Source: Gemmatimonadota bacterium
GTDB taxonomy: Bacteria; Gemmatimonadota; Gemmatimonadetes; Palauibacterales; Palauibacteraceae
Direction of reading: 5' to 3'
NCBI GenBank assembly: GCA_965116475.1
Contig: OZ220691.1
Span: 864,001 to 928,000, forward strand
Length of the DNA: 64,000 nucleotides
The notes beneath the pieces are model-generated. The model worked only from the letters and a program-made list of their open reading frames with translations. It was not told where the DNA came from and searched no databases. Position 1 is the first letter of the stretch, and every line of letters begins with the position of its first letter. Shown piece after piece: positions 59,427-64,000 of the stretch. Position numbers and translations under genes: made by a program.

Positions 59427-62400
59427 GTGCGAGCCGCCGGAATCCCGGAGGCGCTCTCGCGGCGTGGCGCCCGTGCGTTCGTTCACCCGCTCCCGGGCGC
59501 GGGATCCGCCGCGCTTGCGCTCGCGCTCGACGACCTGGCCGCCGGCACGCCCATCGTCCTCGTGGCCGACACGCCCGAACGGGCCGAGGCGCTCCACGAG
59601 GATCTCCGCACGCTCGGGGCCGGCGGCGCCCGCTGCTATCCGCAGCGAGAGGCCCTCCCGTACGAGGATGCGGACCCTCACATCGAGATCGAGGCCCAGC
59701 GCGTGGACGCGATGGGGGCGCTGCTCGGCGGACGCTGCCGCATCCTCACGACGACGGCCCGGGCGCTCGCCGAGCGGGCGCCGATCCCGGTCGGCCCCGG
59801 CTCGAGCCTCGCCCTCACAATCCGCCGCGGGGCCGAGCACCCACTGGCCGAACTCGGCCGACGCCTCGAGGAGATGGGATTCGACCGCACCCACACGGTG
59901 CGCGAAGTCGGGGACTACGCGATCCGCGGCGGGATCGTGGACCTGTTCCCGTTCGGACATCCGGCGCCGCTGCGGATCGAACTCTGGGGCGACGAGGTGG
60001 AGTCGGTCCGCCGATTCGACGCGCTCACCCAGCGTTCGACCGAAACCCTGGAGAGCGTGGAAGTCCTTCCGGTCGCGCTGCGGGACTCGGCAGGGCCGGG
60101 CGACGTGGAGCGGCGGGCCCTGCTCGAGACGCTGCCTCCGACGGCGCTCGCGCTGATCCTCGACCCGGACGGGGGCGTCCGGGCCCGCGCGCGCCTGTGG
60201 GACGAGGTCCGGGACGCGAGGAAGCGCGTCGGCGCCGGCGCGGAGCCGGCCGAGTCTCTCGTTCTCCCGCCCCCCGAGGCCAAACGACGGCTCGACGTCT
60301 TCCGCCGCCTGGAGGTCACGGCGCCGGACGAGGCCCCGCCGGCCGCGATTCGGCTGCCCGTCGAGCCTCCGCCCTCGATAGACCGCGACATGAAGCGGCT
60401 CGTGGCGGAGATCGGCACGGCGCGGGACCGGGGCGAGCGACTCATCGTCTTCTGCGACAACGACGGCCAGGTCGAGCGGCTGGAGGAGATCCTCACCGAA
60501 CGCGGGAGCGCGGCGCTCGCCCGCGAAGTCGCCCTCGCCATCGGGTCGCTCAGCGGCGGGTTCAGGGTCGGGGTCCCGGGCACCCTGCTCGTCCTCACGG
60601 ATCACGAGGTGTTCCGGCGCCGGTATCGCCGCCACCGCGTCCGGTTGCGCGGCGCCGCCACCATCGAATCCATCGCGGCCATCGAACCCGGCGACTACGT
60701 GGTTCACATGGAGCACGGGATCGGCCGCTACATGGGCCTCGAGCGGGTCGAAGTGCGCGGCGAGACGGTCGAGACGATGGAGATCCGCTACGCCGACGGC
60801 GAGATCCTGAGACTCCCGCACTATCGGCTGGACCTCATCGAGCGGTGGAGCGCCGCCGGCTCCGACGCCCGGCCGCCCGCGGTCCACAAGCTCGGCCGGC
60901 GGAAGTGGAAACAGCTCCGGAACCGGACCGTCGCCGCGATCGAGGCCACGGCGGTCGAACTCCTCCAACTCTATGCGCGACGCAAGATGTCGCCCGGCCG
61001 CGCCTTCCCCGCCGAGACCGCCTGGCAGCGCGAGATGGAATCCGCCTTCCTCTACGATGAGACGCCGGATCAGCTCAGCGCCTGGGACGCCGTCCGGCGC
61101 GATCTCGAGGCGCCGGTCCCGATGGACCGCCTCGTGTGCGGGGACGTCGGCTTCGGAAAGACGGAGGTCGCGATCCGCGCGGCGTTCAAGGCGGTGCAGG
61201 ACGGCGCGCAGGTGGCCGTCCTCGCCCCGACCACCATCCTCGCGGACCAGCACCTCGCCACCTTCCGGGAGCGCCTCGCGGGCTTCCCCGTGAATGTGGA
61301 CGGGTTGTCCCGCTTCCGCACTCCCCGCGAGCAGCGCGAGGTCATCGCAGGGCTCGCCGCCGGGACCATCGACATCGTCATCGGCACGCACCGGCTCCTC
61401 TCGCCCGACGTCGGATTCCGCGACCTGGGCCTCCTCATCGTGGACGAGGAACAGCGGTTCGGCGTCCGCCAGAAGGAGCGGCTGAAGGAGTACCGCGAGA
61501 CGGTGGATGTCCTCACGCTCACGGCGACGCCCATCCCCCGGACCCTGCACCTGGCGCTCGGCGGGCTGCGCGACCTCTCCACGATCCGCACGCCGCCGCG
61601 CAACCGCATGCCGATCATCACGCACGTGCTGTCCTGGGATGACGGGATCCTGGAGGAGGCCCTGCGGCGCGAGTTCGACCGCGGCGGCCAGGTGTTCTTC
61701 GTCCACGACCGCGTCGAGACGATCCACGTCGCCGCGAGCCGGGTCGAAAGGCTGATGCCCGAAGCGCGGGCCGCCATCGCGCACGGCCAGATGCCGGAGC
61801 GCGAACTCGAGGACGTCATGCACCGCTTCGTCGCCGGCGAGATCGACCTCCTCATCTGCACGTCCATCATCGAAAACGGACTCGACGTCCCGTCCGCAAA
61901 CACGATGGTCGTCCACCGGGCCCACAACTTCGGCCTCGCCCAGCTCTACCAGTTGCGGGGACGGGTCGGCCGCTCTCACCGCCGCGCCTACTGCTATCTC
62001 GTCGTCCCCTCCGATGTCGCCCCGGATGCGGCCGAGCGGCTGCGCGTGCTCGAGCACCACACGGAGCTGGGCTCGGGGTACGAGGTCGCACTCAAGGACC
62101 TCGAGTTGCGCGGGGCGGGCAACCTCATGGGCGGAGAGCAGAGCGGCTTCGCCACCGCGGTCGGGATCGAAACGTGGCAGCGGCTTGTCGAGAGCACCCT
62201 CCGGCGGTTGAAGGGAGAATCCTCGGACCCCGCGCCCCGTGCCCGGGTCTCCGTGGACGGAGAGTCCTACCTTCCCGATGCCTACGTCGCCGGGTCTCCG
62301 GTGAAGATGCATCTCTATCGCCGTCTCTCGCGTCTCACGAAATGGGAAGAGGTGAAGGCGTTCCGCGCGGAACTCGAGGATCGCTTCGGCCGCCTTCCGC

Positions 62401-62738
62401 CCCCCGCGGCGCGACTCATCGCGGCGGCGGAACTCCGGATACTCGGGGCGGCGATCGGCGCGGACTGGATCCGGGCCTCCGACGACGACGCCCGAATCTC
62501 GTTCGAGGCGACGGCCTCGCCGCGGCTCAGGCTGCTCACGAACGCGCTCGCGGACCGCCAGTTGCACGTTGAAGTACGGCGGCTGGAACCGTTATCGTTG
62601 GTCCTGCGACGGGCGGGAACCGAGGCCCTCCTGCCGATGCTGGTGGAAGCCCTGGGGATCCTGGCGGCGCCGGGACGCACGGAGGCCAACACGGAGGCGA
62701 AGGACACGAGAGTTCCGGCGGCCGCCGGAGGAGTCTAG
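59427..62738 (+). CDS. mfd: Transcription-repair coupling factor Mfd
   Basis: RGGIVDLFP, GDYVVHMEHGIG, CGDVGFGKTEVA, DEEQRFGV, LTATPIPRTL, QLRGRVGRS, DLELRGAGN. Confidence 0.97.
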   Translation: MRAAGIPEALSRRGARAFVHPLPGAGSAALALALDDLAAGTPIVLVADTPERAEALHEDLRTLGAGGARCYPQREALPYEDADPHIEIEAQRVDAMGALLGGRCRILTTTARALAERAPIPVGPGSSLALTIRRGAEHPLAELGRRLEEMGFDRTHTVREVGDYAIRGGIVDLFPFGHPAPLRIELWGDEVESVRRFDALTQRSTETLESVEVLPVALRDSAGPGDVERRALLETLPPTALALILDPDGGVRARARLWDEVRDARKRVGAGAEPAESLVLPPPEAKRRLDVFRRLEVTAPDEAPPAAIRLPVEPPPSIDRDMKRLVAEIGTARDRGERLIVFCDNDGQVERLEEILTERGSAALAREVALAIGSLSGGFRVGVPGTLLVLTDHEVFRRRYRRHRVRLRGAATIESIAAIEPGDYVVHMEHGIGRYMGLERVEVRGETVETMEIRYADGEILRLPHYRLDLIERWSAAGSDARPPAVHKLGRRKWKQLRNRTVAAIEATAVELLQLYARRKMSPGRAFPAETAWQREMESAFLYDETPDQLSAWDAVRRDLEAPVPMDRLVCGDVGFGKTEVAIRAAFKAVQDGAQVAVLAPTTILADQHLATFRERLAGFPVNVDGLSRFRTPREQREVIAGLAAGTIDIVIGTHRLLSPDVGFRDLGLLIVDEEQRFGVRQKERLKEYRETVDVLTLTATPIPRTLHLALGGLRDLSTIRTPPRNRMPIITHVLSWDDGILEEALRREFDRGGQVFFVHDRVETIHVAASRVERLMPEARAAIAHGQMPERELEDVMHRFVAGEIDLLICTSIIENGLDVPSANTMVVHRAHNFGLAQLYQLRGRVGRSHRRAYCYLVVPSDVAPDAAERLRVLEHHTELGSGYEVALKDLELRGAGNLMGGEQSGFATAVGIETWQRLVESTLRRLKGESSDPAPRARVSVDGESYLPDAYVAGSPVKMHLYRRLSRLTKWEEVKAFRAELEDRFGRLPPPAARLIAAAELRILGAAIGADWIRASDDDARISFEATASPRLRLLTNALADRQLHVEVRRLEPLSLVLRRAGTEALLPMLVEALGILAAPGRTEANTEAKDTRVPAAAGGV

Positions 62739-62739
62739 C

Positions 62740-64000
62740 GTGATCGATATCAATCGTGGAATGAAGGCGTTTCGAGCCGGGGCCTGTCTGCTCGCAGCGG
62801 CGCTCGCCCTCGGCACGCCGCTTTCCGGACTGCAGGCGAACGAACCCGCGGCGCCCGACACCGTGGAGGCCACGGGGTTCCCCGCCGGCGTGGAGTCGCT
62901 GGACCGGATCGTGGCCGTGGTCGGCGACACGGCAATCCTGATCTCCGATATCCAGATTACGCTCTACCAGCTGCAGGCCCGCGGCGCGCGCGTTCCGCCC
63001 GAAGGGACCGAGCGATGGGAGGCGTTCGCCCGCGAAGTGCTCGACGCGATGATCGACGACCTCATCTTCCTTCAGCAGGCGAGGAACGCCGGTGTCACGG
63101 TGCCCGAGGGCCGCGTGACCGAGATGGCCGACGCCTACTTCGCGGAAACGCGGGCCAACTTCTCCTCCGACGAGGAGATGATGCTGGCGGTGGAAGAGAC
63201 GGGCATGAACATGCTCCAGTTCCGCCAGATGCAGCGCTCGCAGGCGCAGGCCGAGGGAATGCGGCAGGCCTACCGGATCGAACTCGAGCAGCGCTCCGAC
63301 CTGCCGCCGGTCATCGTCAGCGAGGAGGAGGTCGAAGCCGCCTTTGACGAGTTCGCGCAGAACCAGCCGCCCCGCCCCGCGCTCGTCTCGTTCAACCGGC
63401 TCGTGGTCACGCCGAATCCGAGCGGGGCGGCCCGGGACACCGTCCTCGCGCGCACGATCCGCGTCCAGAACGATTTCGCGAACGAGGAGGAGTTTTCGGT
63501 CCTCGCCCGCCGCCATTCCGACGACGACGGGACGAGGGAGCAGGGCGGCGAGTTGGGCTGGATGAACCGCGACCTGCTCGTGAAGCCGTTCGGCGACGCC
63601 GCCTGGGGGGCACGCCCCGGCCAGACCGTGGGTCCGGTGCAGACCCAGTTCGGGCTCCACTTCATCAAGATCGAGCGCCAACGGGGGGCGGAGCGCTTTC
63701 TGCGTCACATCCTCCTGCGCCCCGAGATCTCGGAAGAGGACATCGAGGAGGCCCGGACGCTCGCGGTCCAGATCGCGGACAGTCTGCGGGCGGGCGCCGA
63801 CCCGGAACGGCTCGTGGCCGTGTTCCGCGGGCAGGTGGCTGACGAGGCGATCCGTTTCGACGACGTCGCGCTCGGGAGTCTGCTCAGCCAGTTCACGGGC
63901 GGGGGCGCCGAATCCGGACTCACCGCTCCGACGCCCGGCACGGTGTACGGGCCGCTGCCGATGCAGCGCGGCGGTCCCACCGAGTTCGGGCTCGTGCACG
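62740..64000 (+). CDS. SurA-like peptidyl-prolyl isomerase/chaperone, truncated by the window end
   Basis: Absent from the ORF track because it has no stop. My translation gives LDRIVAVVGDTAILISD, FSVLARRHSDD...GGELGW, GPVQTQFGLHFIK, RHILL. GGAGGAG precedes GTG 62740 (alternative ATG 62761). Confidence 0.88.
   Translation, partial: MIDINRGMKAFRAGACLLAAALALGTPLSGLQANEPAAPDTVEATGFPAGVESLDRIVAVVGDTAILISDIQITLYQLQARGARVPPEGTERWEAFAREVLDAMIDDLIFLQQARNAGVTVPEGRVTEMADAYFAETRANFSSDEEMMLAVEETGMNMLQFRQMQRSQAQAEGMRQAYRIELEQRSDLPPVIVSEEEVEAAFDEFAQNQPPRPALVSFNRLVVTPNPSGAARDTVLARTIRVQNDFANEEEFSVLARRHSDDDGTREQGGELGWMNRDLLVKPFGDAAWGARPGQTVGPVQTQFGLHFIKIERQRGAERFLRHILLRPEISEEDIEEARTLAVQIADSLRAGADPERLVAVFRGQVADEAIRFDDVALGSLLSQFTGGGAESGLTAPTPGTVYGPLPMQRGGPTEFGLVH

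Noticed and set aside
58722-63999. 1281-aa and 487-aa minus-strand ORFs
   Set aside because: Antisense shadows of mfd and the surA-like gene.

Overview
A gene-dense, very GC-rich bacterial chromosome segment (about 70% GC by eye, not computed) with about 50 supportable CDSs, one TPP riboswitch and several candidate regulatory motifs. I saw no rRNA, tRNA, tmRNA, CRISPR array, transposase, integrase or phage genes. Housekeeping genes are a three-gene pntA/pntA/pntB transhydrogenase, thiC with riboswitch, a leuB-like dehydrogenase, pyrK-pyrD, smpB, an amidase, mfd and a truncated surA-like gene. Accessory content includes tandem FG-GAP/ASPIC-UnbV lipoproteins, a VPS10/BNR propeller, an Ig-LRR-metzincin lipoprotein and four small toxin-antitoxin loci. 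The three strongest candidates for an under-described system are: (1) a glycoside import and salvage locus (20.6-35.5 kb) ending in a nucleotidyltransferase-GHMP sugar kinase fusion with GalNAc-kinase-like motifs; (2) a beta-propeller plus ubiquitin-like (GG-ending) gene pair preceded by three 21-bp repeats, two of them with a palindromic core; (3) an AmgK-like kinase fused to a RapZ C-terminal domain next to a MurU-like gene. The gene repertoire suggests a Gemmatimonadota-like, possibly marine host-associated organism, but that is inference only. All family calls come from recognising motifs by eye; no searches were run. Many starts were moved from the ORF track using stop/start overlaps or RBS evidence.
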